Below are positions 50,361-58,951 of a stretch of 64,000 nt of DNA, one piece after another. The translations under genes were made by a program, and so were the position numbers. The notes under the pieces are model-generated. The model was not told the origin of the DNA. It worked only from the letters and a program-made list of their open reading frames with translations, and did not search any database. Origin of the DNA: Leptospiraceae bacterium (GTDB lineage Bacteria > Spirochaetota > Leptospiria > Leptospirales > Leptonemataceae); NCBI GenBank assembly GCA_040217195.1, contig JAVJNR010000001.1, positions 32,001 through 96,000 of the forward strand. The letters run 5' to 3'. Position 1 is the first letter of the stretch. Each line of letters begins with the position of its first letter.

Positions 50361-51544
50361 TGGGGGCCAATTTGAATGGCAAAGGGAAAACCTTAATCAG
50401 GTTTGCAGTATTTTTTCTACTAATCGGCCTGACTCAGTGCGGAGAGGAAGGTCGAGATTTTTACATGGTCATGGATACATCCGGATCCATGTCATCGGGC
50501 ACAATGGATGATGTGCACAAATCTCTGCCGCAAATCACTGATCTTCTAAAGAAAGGGGACCGGGTGCACCTGGTGCGATTTGATGAGTCCGCCTATCTGG
50601 AAAAGTCCATAGATATTGAAGGGGACCTGGATAAAGCCGAGGTGCTGAGCTGGGTAGACAAGCTTAAAGCGAAAGGTCGCTACACGGACATTGCCGTGAT
50701 GCTGCAATCCCTGAAGAAGATTCAGGCCGAGAACACTCCAGAAGGCAGAAAGTCATTTTTCATAGTCTTGAGTGATGGAAAAGACGATCCCGCGCCTGAT
50801 TCCAGATCGGACAGAATCAATCTGAAGGATTTTGAAGCCACGGATGCTCCTCCAGGACCCAAAAAAAGCTTTGTATACTACATCAGTCTGGGACCGGAAA
50901 AGAGCAAAGAACTGGAAGAGGGTCTAAAGGGAATCAGTCCAGATGTAAAAACCGTTGATACTTCCAGGCAGAATAAGCCCGGTACAGACGGACAAACGGC
51001 TGCCACCGGCGACGGAGATCAAGGCCAGAACGCTATGGATACCACCCGGGATGGTCCTATCGACCTTTCCGGCGCAGCCGAAGATATTGAAGAAAAATCT
51101 TCAAGCGTCTGGGATGGTCTCTGGAACAAGATCAGGGCTAACTGGAAATGGGTTGCAGGTGGCCTGGCTGCTCTACTGGCCCTGCTACTTTTAATCTGGC
51201 TGCGGATTCGTGGCAAGCGAGCCCACGTCTTAAAAGGGCAGCTTCACTTCTGGGAAGCCAGTACTCATCCGGATCTAGGTAAAACTGTGCGACTGAACAA
51301 GCTGGCCGGTAAAAAAGTGACCGTGGGAGAGAAGCCAGGAAGCAAGATACGAATTAAAGACCTGGGAGCAAGCCAGGTAGTTCTAAAAGGAACAACTAAA
51401 AAGGGAATACCCGTCCTGAAACCTGCGGGAGCAAAGGGCATTGAATTCTCTTCGCAAAAGACAAAAGGGATGATTTCTCCAGGAGATTCATTCCAACTGG
51501 GAAACTATAAATTCGAGTACAAAGATGGCAACGAAAAGGGATAG
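50360..51544 (+). CDS. vWA-domain membrane protein with C-terminal FHA-like cytoplasmic domain
   Basis: Signal/lipobox-like LTQC; MIDAS DTSGS...T...LSDG; TM WVAGGLAALLALLLLIW; ending PGDSFQLGNYKFEY. Confidence 0.8.
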   Translation: MGANLNGKGKTLIRFAVFFLLIGLTQCGEEGRDFYMVMDTSGSMSSGTMDDVHKSLPQITDLLKKGDRVHLVRFDESAYLEKSIDIEGDLDKAEVLSWVDKLKAKGRYTDIAVMLQSLKKIQAENTPEGRKSFFIVLSDGKDDPAPDSRSDRINLKDFEATDAPPGPKKSFVYYISLGPEKSKELEEGLKGISPDVKTVDTSRQNKPGTDGQTAATGDGDQGQNAMDTTRDGPIDLSGAAEDIEEKSSSVWDGLWNKIRANWKWVAGGLAALLALLLLIWLRIRGKRAHVLKGQLHFWEASTHPDLGKTVRLNKLAGKKVTVGEKPGSKIRIKDLGASQVVLKGTTKKGIPVLKPAGAKGIEFSSQKTKGMISPGDSFQLGNYKFEYKDGNEKG

Positions 51545-54110
51545 AAAATTACCTTCGGAATATCGTGGTCCAGAAAGGGCCTTTCAATTCGATCGCGATA
51601 CCTTTCTGATATATACGGGCATCCACGATGCGGACATGCGTCCGTTTTCGCGGATTGGTGCGGGAACTTCCGTACCGGCAGGACTGCTTCCGCAGATCGA
51701 GAACGTAGTCGTTCCGGAAGAAAATCTGTGGAATGTAGGTCTGGAGGCTGCCTGGCTTAAAGAGTCTCTTGCAGCCGGGTCCGGACATATTCGCTACGTG
51801 GGCTCCAAAGAGAGGACCACTCAGCTACATCGGTATCTGGATCCAAACGAGGATGAAATGTCCGGGTCCAAAGAGGATGCCGGTAATGATCCAGTGGAAT
51901 ATTCCTCCTATTCGGCTCCGGAAAAAGGGGTGTCTCAGAAAGACCGATGCACCATTACCTATATGGCCACCGGTGAATACCAGGTGACTGTGGGAGGCTC
52001 CAGAGTGCTGGACTCTCAATCCCTGAGCCGAGGGCGTATGGGCCTGGACCGGGAGTATGAACAGGTAAACAAGATTCTGTCCAAGCAAGGTCGACGGATG
52101 GAGCATGGTTGGTCCTTCTTTCCTCTGCAAACCGATGGAGATATGCTATCTGTGTACTGGGGTCTGCAGGGTAAAGGTCTGGCTCTTAACCCTCCTGTAG
52201 ATGTCCATTATCACTTCCTGGCAAATGCAATTGATCCAGAAAGACTGCAGATGGTTATTGCAGAAACGGCCGAATTACCCGGGCTTGCAGAGCAGTTTCG
52301 CAGAAACAATACACTGGAACGCCAATTCGGTGCTTATTGCCCGGAAATGGAAAGAATCATTCATCTAAAGCGGATGTATAATCGGGCTCAGGTGAAGACT
52401 TTCGATGATTCCAGAACCCTGCCATTCTCTAAAGAGACTGTATTCTTCTGCTCTCGATCCAAGAGTCATGGTGCTTTCGCGATGAAGGCAAATCCGGAAG
52501 CGGAATACCCGATGCAGATCATCTTTCCACTGCAAAAGGGCAAACAATCCCGCTCCTTCGATTTTACCAAAGGGCCTTTTGACCTAGAAATCATGCGCCT
52601 TGAGGAAGGGCAAAAGTTCGAAGGAGCCGGCTCCTATCTCACATTGATAGGTCGAGGTCATGCTTCGCCAAAGAAATTTAGCAAGTCTAAACTAAAAGGA
52701 GCAGCTTTTCCTCTACTGTCCGGAAGCGAATACAGGCTGCAGCAAATTGTAAATCTGTCCAATCTGGCCGATGAACTGTCCCTGGGCCTGAAGGGTAGTG
52801 AATTCGAACAAACCGTGCCGGAGCTACTGTCTCTGATGGGCCAGAGTGGCCCGAACCTGGATGAAGAGGCGGTACTGGATCTGCTTTATCGAATTCGAAC
52901 CCAGGCAGTCCCGGATAACATTCTGCTTCGAATTAATCTAGGGGAAGCCACTCGTGCAGTCCATAGTTACCTGGGTACTCTGAAGGATAAGTTCCCAAAA
53001 GTGGCCAAACTGTCCGAGAAGGTTTTCAAACGCTATTCAACCGATAAACTCAAGGTCCGAGACCTGGAAGCTCTGGAAGGGGCGGTGGCCTTTGATGTAT
53101 ATGCGGTACAGGCTCGAATCAGCATTCTGCAAGTTCGTCCGGTGCATGCACCTCGAATTGCCATTGTATTCCCTCCGGAAATCGATACTATCAAGGCCGA
53201 GCAAAAGGAATACAGGAAGTATCTAAAGGAACAGAACCGTATTCTGGACAAAGGCGACGAGTCTCCTTCGGAGCGAGCCACACTGGAGTTTCTAGAGAAG
53301 CTACTGGAAGAGAGACTGCATCTTGCAGAAGAAAGGGAACGGCTGGGTGATCTGCTCCAGGATCTGGATTTATCGGGGCCGGTGGAAGACAAGGGTGATC
53401 TCCCTTTCCACATGAAGCTGCCTTACTGGTTACGAAGAACCTTCGAATTCCTGCGAATTCCAGAATTCGTTGAATGGGTGAAAGGCCTGTTCGGTGGAGG
53501 CAGCAATCGAGAAAAGGGATCTCTGACAACCGGGCTGTCTGCCTGGCTACTGATTCCTCTGGCGGCGGTTTTGCTTGGACTACTCGGGTTGGGCCTGTAT
53601 GCGACCACTGATAATGAGACCGGAGAGAATTCGGTGGTAACCATGGTCAAAGGCTGGTTCTCCAGCGATGAGGCACCTGAATCTGAGGATCCGCTATATC
53701 TCACAGACTCCTCTTCCACAGATCCGGGAACACCCGAGGTTGCTGGACTGGATCCAGCCCTGAGCATTGCCGCTCCAGGAGGCATCCAGGAGAATCGAAC
53801 TGTTCCGGGAGAAGAGGATGTTCAGGTCACAGATCAGGAAGTCTTCCAGTTCTCCAATCTTCTGGCTCGAAGAAATGGGTTTGCGGCCCTGCGTGAACAA
53901 GACCCGGATCTGAGAAATCCGGACCTGGTCTTTCCGGGAGATCGATTGAACCTGCCGGATGGAAGAATCCTGCAGATTACTCCAGGAGAATATATCTGGG
54001 AGATATCAAGGAAGCAGTATAGAAAAGATATGGCCAGACTGCAAATCCTGGATCGGCAGGTGCGAAACCTGGGCCAGGAGTATCAAAAAAAAAAGAGCCT
54101 GATGTCCTGA
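51525..54110 (+). CDS. Large single-pass membrane protein with C-terminal LysM-like segment; possible -1 frame extension to 54211
   Basis: About 670-aa N-region with coiled coil, TM (AWLLIPLAAVLLGLLGLGLY), NPDLVFPGDRLNLP and PGEYIWEISRKQY. Confidence 0.75.
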   Translation: MATKRDRKLPSEYRGPERAFQFDRDTFLIYTGIHDADMRPFSRIGAGTSVPAGLLPQIENVVVPEENLWNVGLEAAWLKESLAAGSGHIRYVGSKERTTQLHRYLDPNEDEMSGSKEDAGNDPVEYSSYSAPEKGVSQKDRCTITYMATGEYQVTVGGSRVLDSQSLSRGRMGLDREYEQVNKILSKQGRRMEHGWSFFPLQTDGDMLSVYWGLQGKGLALNPPVDVHYHFLANAIDPERLQMVIAETAELPGLAEQFRRNNTLERQFGAYCPEMERIIHLKRMYNRAQVKTFDDSRTLPFSKETVFFCSRSKSHGAFAMKANPEAEYPMQIIFPLQKGKQSRSFDFTKGPFDLEIMRLEEGQKFEGAGSYLTLIGRGHASPKKFSKSKLKGAAFPLLSGSEYRLQQIVNLSNLADELSLGLKGSEFEQTVPELLSLMGQSGPNLDEEAVLDLLYRIRTQAVPDNILLRINLGEATRAVHSYLGTLKDKFPKVAKLSEKVFKRYSTDKLKVRDLEALEGAVAFDVYAVQARISILQVRPVHAPRIAIVFPPEIDTIKAEQKEYRKYLKEQNRILDKGDESPSERATLEFLEKLLEERLHLAEERERLGDLLQDLDLSGPVEDKGDLPFHMKLPYWLRRTFEFLRIPEFVEWVKGLFGGGSNREKGSLTTGLSAWLLIPLAAVLLGLLGLGLYATTDNETGENSVVTMVKGWFSSDEAPESEDPLYLTDSSSTDPGTPEVAGLDPALSIAAPGGIQENRTVPGEEDVQVTDQEVFQFSNLLARRNGFAALREQDPDLRNPDLVFPGDRLNLPDGRILQITPGEYIWEISRKQYRKDMARLQILDRQVRNLGQEYQKKKSLMS

Positions 54111-54220
54111 ACCGGATCAAGGCATTAATAAACGTGATGGATCGGCTGGCCGTTACCGAGCGTATGCGCAATCTGCAAAATCAGACTGCCCGGTACGCCC
54201 GGTCCCTCTGAATCCCCGAG

Positions 54221-54415
54221 TCAGGAATTCCCTTGAGAGTTATTTTCAACCAATTGAATGATATCGTCTATGAAGACTCTGTGCTCCACAAGCATGCCAT
54301 GGAGCCTTTGATGTTGTCCGCTGTTAATAAGTCCAGTTACAAGTTCGCCCAGATGTTTTCGTATAATTGCATCATGCTGGCTGGCTTCATCCTGAGATTG
54401 ACTTTCCGGTTGCAT
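54221..54415 (-). CDS. Small hypothetical protein
   Basis: Amphipathic helical 64-aa ORF that fills the gap between the extended upstream gene and the cyclase. Confidence 0.4.
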   Translation of the reverse strand: MQPESQSQDEASQHDAIIRKHLGELVTGLINSGQHQRLHGMLVEHRVFIDDIIQLVENNSQGNS

Positions 54416-54489
54416 ACATCTAATCATCGGCAGAAGCGCACATTGAAAAGTATTTTTCTAAACGATTCCAGCCTGGAAAGGTGCCAACC

Positions 54490-55542
54490 ATGACTGTTTC
54501 CGAACTGGATCGACTGAAGCAGGAGAATGAAAAGCTCCTGGAGACCCTGGAAGTAAACCGCGTGGTCTCTTCCAGTTTGAATCTGGAAGTGGTGCTTGGA
54601 ACCTTGATGGAAAAGGCCAAGACACTCCTGGAAGCAGAAGCATCCAGCTTGATGATGGTCGATGATGAGGTGCAGGAGCTGTATTTTCATACCGTCCGTG
54701 GCGAAAAGAGCGATGCGGTGCGCAAAATTCGACTGAAAATGGGAGAAGGCATAGCTGGATGGGTGGCCCATGAAGGAAAACCTGTGCTGGTGCCTGATTG
54801 CTCCCAGGACCCCAGGTTCTATAAGCGGGCGGACCAGCTTACGGAATTTGTAACGCGCAGTATGATGTGTGTACCTCTGAAAGCCAGGAAGCGAATCATC
54901 GGCACCGTGCAGGTCTTAAATAAGACAGGCGAAAGGCAATTCGATGAATGGGATTTGAAGATATTTGAAGTGATGGCCGATCAGGCTGCTGTGGCCATTG
55001 ACAACGCCAGATTACATGAAATGGCCACTGTGGATGCCATGACCGGCCTTTACATGAAAGCGTATTTCCTTGCAAGGCTGGATGATGAGGTAAAGAGATT
55101 CAAAAACCAGGGAGTCCCTGTGGCGCTGCTGATGAGCGACATTGATCATTTTAGAGTGGTGAACAATGAATACGGTCATCAGGCTGGAGATGCGGCTCTG
55201 GTGGAACTGGCACAGGTTATTCTGGATACGGTACATGAGCTGGGCGGTGAGGATATGGCCGGCCGTTATGGCGGTGAAGAATTCTGTGTACTTCTGCCTG
55301 AAACCGGTCCAGAGCGGGCCATGGAAGTGGCCGAAAGGATCAGGAAAAACATCGAATCCAGGCCCATACCGATTGACGGCAAGGATGTGCACATTACCAT
55401 CTCCATCGGAGTTTCATGCCTGCCTGAGCATAGAGACCATTTGCAGGTATCCGAGGATATGGTTAAGTTTGCGGACGAAGCACTTTATATCTGCAAGGAC
55501 AACGGACGAAATTGTGTTGCCCTGTATGAACAACGGAATTGA
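54490..55542 (+). CDS. GAF-GGDEF diguanylate cyclase
   Basis: GAF (GEGIAGWV, RSMMCVPL, NK), DAMTGL, DIDHF..VN..YGH..GD, RYGGEEF. Confidence 0.93.
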   Translation: MTVSELDRLKQENEKLLETLEVNRVVSSSLNLEVVLGTLMEKAKTLLEAEASSLMMVDDEVQELYFHTVRGEKSDAVRKIRLKMGEGIAGWVAHEGKPVLVPDCSQDPRFYKRADQLTEFVTRSMMCVPLKARKRIIGTVQVLNKTGERQFDEWDLKIFEVMADQAAVAIDNARLHEMATVDAMTGLYMKAYFLARLDDEVKRFKNQGVPVALLMSDIDHFRVVNNEYGHQAGDAALVELAQVILDTVHELGGEDMAGRYGGEEFCVLLPETGPERAMEVAERIRKNIESRPIPIDGKDVHITISIGVSCLPEHRDHLQVSEDMVKFADEALYICKDNGRNCVALYEQRN

Positions 55543-55574
55543 AATAAAAGATCATTTTGCGATAGGAGATAGAC

Positions 55575-58172
55575 ATGCCTGATTTTTATCCATTTAGCCA
55601 GAAGGGATGCACAAACGACGAAGAAGTCTGGGAAAAGTCCGGACGCCGTGGACAGCGAGCCTTTGAGCTGGCAGCCATGGGCCTTCCCATCGTCCCCGGT
55701 TTTGTACTGGATTCTGGACTCACCCCTAACATGGCCAGTACGAACCTGGCCCCCATAGTTAAAGAAGGTGTTGGTGCCATCGAAGAGGGAATCGGCCGAA
55801 AGTTTGGCGATATTTCCAATCCATTGCTGGTGAAGGTAGTTGTAAGCTCCAATCTGAGCCTGCCCATCTATCCCACAGTATTTAACATAGGTCTGTCCCC
55901 TGTAACCATGGCTGGCTTTGCATCATTGATTGGCGAAAAGTCTGCCTGGTTCGAGTATTGCTATCTTCTGCGAACTGCAGGAACGAAAATCTATGATATT
56001 GAAGCAGCCCGATTTGATGAAATCCAGAAGAAATATCCGGATACCGTAGAAGGGCTGAAATCCTGTGCTCAGGAAATGCTCGGTCTGGTTGGCAAAGATA
56101 ATATTCCCGACGACCCGTTGGAGCAACTGGCAGTAATCTGTAAGAACCTGGCCAAGCGCTATTATGATCCAGAAATGGATTCTGAAGATCCGGCAGCCCT
56201 GATAGTACAGGGAATGGTATTCGGCAATCTGGGCGAAGATTCTGCAGTGGGTATGTACAATACTCGCAACATCGTATCCGGTGACAATAACCTGGATGGA
56301 AGCTTCCTTCGCAATGTTTACACCCTGGAAAAGAAAGGGGACGATATCCATCAACTGGATTCTGCCTATCTGGACGAGCTAAAGAATATTGGCTCATCTC
56401 TGGAGAAGAAGTTCCGGGAAATCCGAGAAGTTAAATTTATCATCGAAAAGAAGAAGCTATGGCTTCTGAATCAAACCACAGTAGATCGAAAGTCCACTCA
56501 GGCTCATCTGCGAACCTTACTGGATCTTCTGAAAGAGGGTGTTGTAGAAGAGAAATGGGTCGTGGAGCAAATCCCTCCTGGTCAGCTGGCTACGCTTCTA
56601 CACTCCGTTGTGGATCCTGAGACCATGGAAAAGATGCCCACCATTGCCGGTGGACTTACCGGTGCTCCAGGAGCGGCAGTTGGTCGAGTATTCTTTACTG
56701 CAGACCGATTGATGGAGGTACATCGTGAGGCGATTCAAAAAGGTGAGGATACACGTCTTATTCTTGTTGTTTCTGCCTCCTATGCAGAGGACGTAAAGGC
56801 CATCGAAGTGGGCCAGGGTGTAATATCCAATGAAGGTGGATATTCGTCCCACGCTCCTGTAGTGTCCCGATCTCTAGGAAAAGTGAGTATTGTTCAGCCT
56901 GAGATGAAGATCGGAGCTGATTACCTGGAAATTGACGGCCATCGCATCAATGAAGGTGATTACGTAACCATGGATGCGCCGGTTTACAAGGCTCCTACCC
57001 TGGGAATTGGAAAGGCAGATCTGATCAGTCCAGATATCCATACAAATGGACTGGTAGAGTTCATTGCCATAGTTAAGAAATACATCACAGACGATTTTCT
57101 GGTTCGTGCAAATGCCGACCTGGGCCGGGATGCCAGGACAGCCAAAACCATGGGTGCCTATGGAATCGGGCTGTGTCGTACCGAGCACATGTTCTTTGCA
57201 GAAGATCGTATTCAGAGATTCCGGGAAATGATTCTCTCCAAAACCGAGGAAGAGAGACTGAAGGCTCTGGAAGACCTGCGGCCCATGCAAAAGCAGGACT
57301 TTACAGACCTTTTTGCTACTATGGCTCCTCATCATGTAACCATTCGATTACTGGATGCTCCTTTGCATGAATTCCTGCCACGCAGTGAAGATACTTTGAA
57401 CGATTATCTGAAGTATCTATCTAACAAAGGTGCCACCGCAGATAAGAAAGAAATCGAAGAGAGAATTGAAAGACTTCATGAATTCAATCCGATGCTGGGA
57501 CACCGAGGATGTCGAGTAGCGGTAACGTATCCGGAAATCTATCATATGCAGGTTAAGGCTATCTTTGAGGCAGCCTGCGAACTCAAGAAGCAGGGAACAG
57601 ATATCATTCCTGAAATCATGATTCCTATTGTGATGAACCCCAATGAGCTGAAGTTTATCAAAAACGGAAAGGTCATCGAGGGTAAATCGATCAAGGGGAT
57701 TCGAGATATTGCCAAAGAGGTCTTCACGTCCATGGGAATCGAAGTGCCTTATAAAGTTGGAACAATGATTGAGCTGCCTGCAGCCGGTCTGCTTTCCGAT
57801 GACCTGGCCCAGTATGCAGAATTCTTTAGCTACGGAACCAATGACCTGACCCAGACTACCTTCGGTTTAAGCCGGGATGATGCTAACTCCTTCTTCCCTG
57901 CTTATACAGAGTTTGACCTACTGGCAAACAATCCATTCCAGGTGCTGGGTAAGCCAGTTAAGGAATTGATTGGTATTTCTGCGGAACGGGGGCGGATTGT
58001 TCGACCGGACTTGAAGCTGGGTCTTTGCGGCGAGCATGGAGCCGATCCGGAAAACATTGAATTTTGCGTGGAAGCCGGACTGGATTACGTATCCTGCTCT
58101 GCTTACAGTGTGCCCATCGCATTGCTCTCTGTGGCTCAGCTCAATCTCAAGCGCGAAGCAGAAGCGAAATAG
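55575..58172 (+). CDS. Pyruvate phosphate dikinase-like PEP-utilising protein with degenerate nucleotide-binding domain
   Basis: Intact GGYSSHA (His426), GIGLCRTEHMF, IRLLD, NPMLGHRGCR, GTMIE, GTNDLTQ, GLCGEHG; ATP-grasp motifs substituted. Confidence 0.88.
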   Translation: MPDFYPFSQKGCTNDEEVWEKSGRRGQRAFELAAMGLPIVPGFVLDSGLTPNMASTNLAPIVKEGVGAIEEGIGRKFGDISNPLLVKVVVSSNLSLPIYPTVFNIGLSPVTMAGFASLIGEKSAWFEYCYLLRTAGTKIYDIEAARFDEIQKKYPDTVEGLKSCAQEMLGLVGKDNIPDDPLEQLAVICKNLAKRYYDPEMDSEDPAALIVQGMVFGNLGEDSAVGMYNTRNIVSGDNNLDGSFLRNVYTLEKKGDDIHQLDSAYLDELKNIGSSLEKKFREIREVKFIIEKKKLWLLNQTTVDRKSTQAHLRTLLDLLKEGVVEEKWVVEQIPPGQLATLLHSVVDPETMEKMPTIAGGLTGAPGAAVGRVFFTADRLMEVHREAIQKGEDTRLILVVSASYAEDVKAIEVGQGVISNEGGYSSHAPVVSRSLGKVSIVQPEMKIGADYLEIDGHRINEGDYVTMDAPVYKAPTLGIGKADLISPDIHTNGLVEFIAIVKKYITDDFLVRANADLGRDARTAKTMGAYGIGLCRTEHMFFAEDRIQRFREMILSKTEEERLKALEDLRPMQKQDFTDLFATMAPHHVTIRLLDAPLHEFLPRSEDTLNDYLKYLSNKGATADKKEIEERIERLHEFNPMLGHRGCRVAVTYPEIYHMQVKAIFEAACELKKQGTDIIPEIMIPIVMNPNELKFIKNGKVIEGKSIKGIRDIAKEVFTSMGIEVPYKVGTMIELPAAGLLSDDLAQYAEFFSYGTNDLTQTTFGLSRDDANSFFPAYTEFDLLANNPFQVLGKPVKELIGISAERGRIVRPDLKLGLCGEHGADPENIEFCVEAGLDYVSCSAYSVPIALLSVAQLNLKREAEAK

Positions 58173-58274
58173 AAATGATCTACAGGTATGGCGATCCGGC
58201 AACGGATGGCCATGTCCGGGTCATAGGGAAATAAATTGAACTGCCGGTCCAATCATTCGGACCGGGTATTAGGG

Positions 58275-58301
58275 AAAGGCGGCTCCCGGAGCCGCTTTTT
58301 T
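58275..58301. terminator. Probable bidirectional Rho-independent terminator
   Basis: AAAG-GCGGCTC-ccg-GAGCCGC-TTTTTT between convergent genes. Confidence 0.75.
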
Positions 58302-58340
58302 ACGTTTCACCGTCAGAGGGCCGTTCTGTAGAGCTGAAAC

Positions 58341-58523
58341 TCATTGATCGGCATTGCCAGTTGCTGGTTTGTTTATTTGTCGCATTCCATGCAGAAGCAT
58401 CCCGGTCAATTCCAGCAATTCCTCTCTGGTGAGCTGCAATGAAACACTACAAATATTTAATCGAAGATGGCCACAGTCGGCTCGGCAGAGGCTGCCAATC
58501 TCGCTTTTTGACAGAGCTCTCAT
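58341..58523 (-). CDS. Small Cys/His protein
   Basis: C.ADCGHLRL.I..VSLQL; ATGA overlap with the upstream paralogue. Confidence 0.65.
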   Translation of the reverse strand: MRALSKSEIGSLCRADCGHLRLNICSVSLQLTREELLELTGMLLHGMRQINKPATGNADQ

Positions 58524-58714
58524 AGTCTTAGCTCCCTGGCATCCTGAGCTTCCCAGTCCACGGATTGCATTGCATGGGCCATGCTGAAAAACTGCACCGC
58601 ACTTAGATGTATTGTGGTTCTACCCACGGATAAATGATACTGCCCACAGCTGCAACGATCGATCTGACAGCTGGCATTTCGATGTAAATTCTGCACTTTA
58701 TGTTCTGTTTCCAT
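58520..58714 (-). CDS. Small Cys/His protein
   Basis: AGGAGG RBS (58719-58724), METEHK start; CSCGQYHLSVGRTTIHL. Confidence 0.75.
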   Translation of the reverse strand: METEHKVQNLHRNASCQIDRCSCGQYHLSVGRTTIHLSAVQFFSMAHAMQSVDWEAQDARELRL

Positions 58715-58732
58715 AGACCCTCCTGAGAGGCT

Positions 58733-58783
58733 ACTATGAGCAACACGCAGAAATCCGTCAATTAAAATGAGACTCAGTCTCAT
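58733..58783 (-). promoter_or_regulatory. Sigma70-like promoter (TTGACG-N17-CATAGT) with adjacent perfect 8-1-8 palindrome ATGAGACT-C-AGTCTCAT (Fur-box-like)
   Basis: Palindrome at 58767-58783; -35 at 58761-58756 and -10 at 58738-58733 on the minus strand. Confidence 0.65.
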
Positions 58784-58951
58784 AAAGTGAACTGCCGACA
58801 CCTCTGTATCTTCCCGGATGTAATCGAAGGGCAGGGGGATGAAAGTCAAAGTCCAGGATTCGGATAGGACCCTGCCGCTAATGCCCGATATTCGGCTGCA
58901 GTCGCGGCAGGGTAAACTAAGACGGGCCAGACACGGCCCGAAATCGAAGTG

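Noticed and set aside
55575..58172. Plain ppdK call, or a pseudogene call
   Set aside because: Nucleotide-site residues are replaced, so canonical activity is doubtful; but the ORF is full length with intact PEP and His motifs, so it is not a decayed gene
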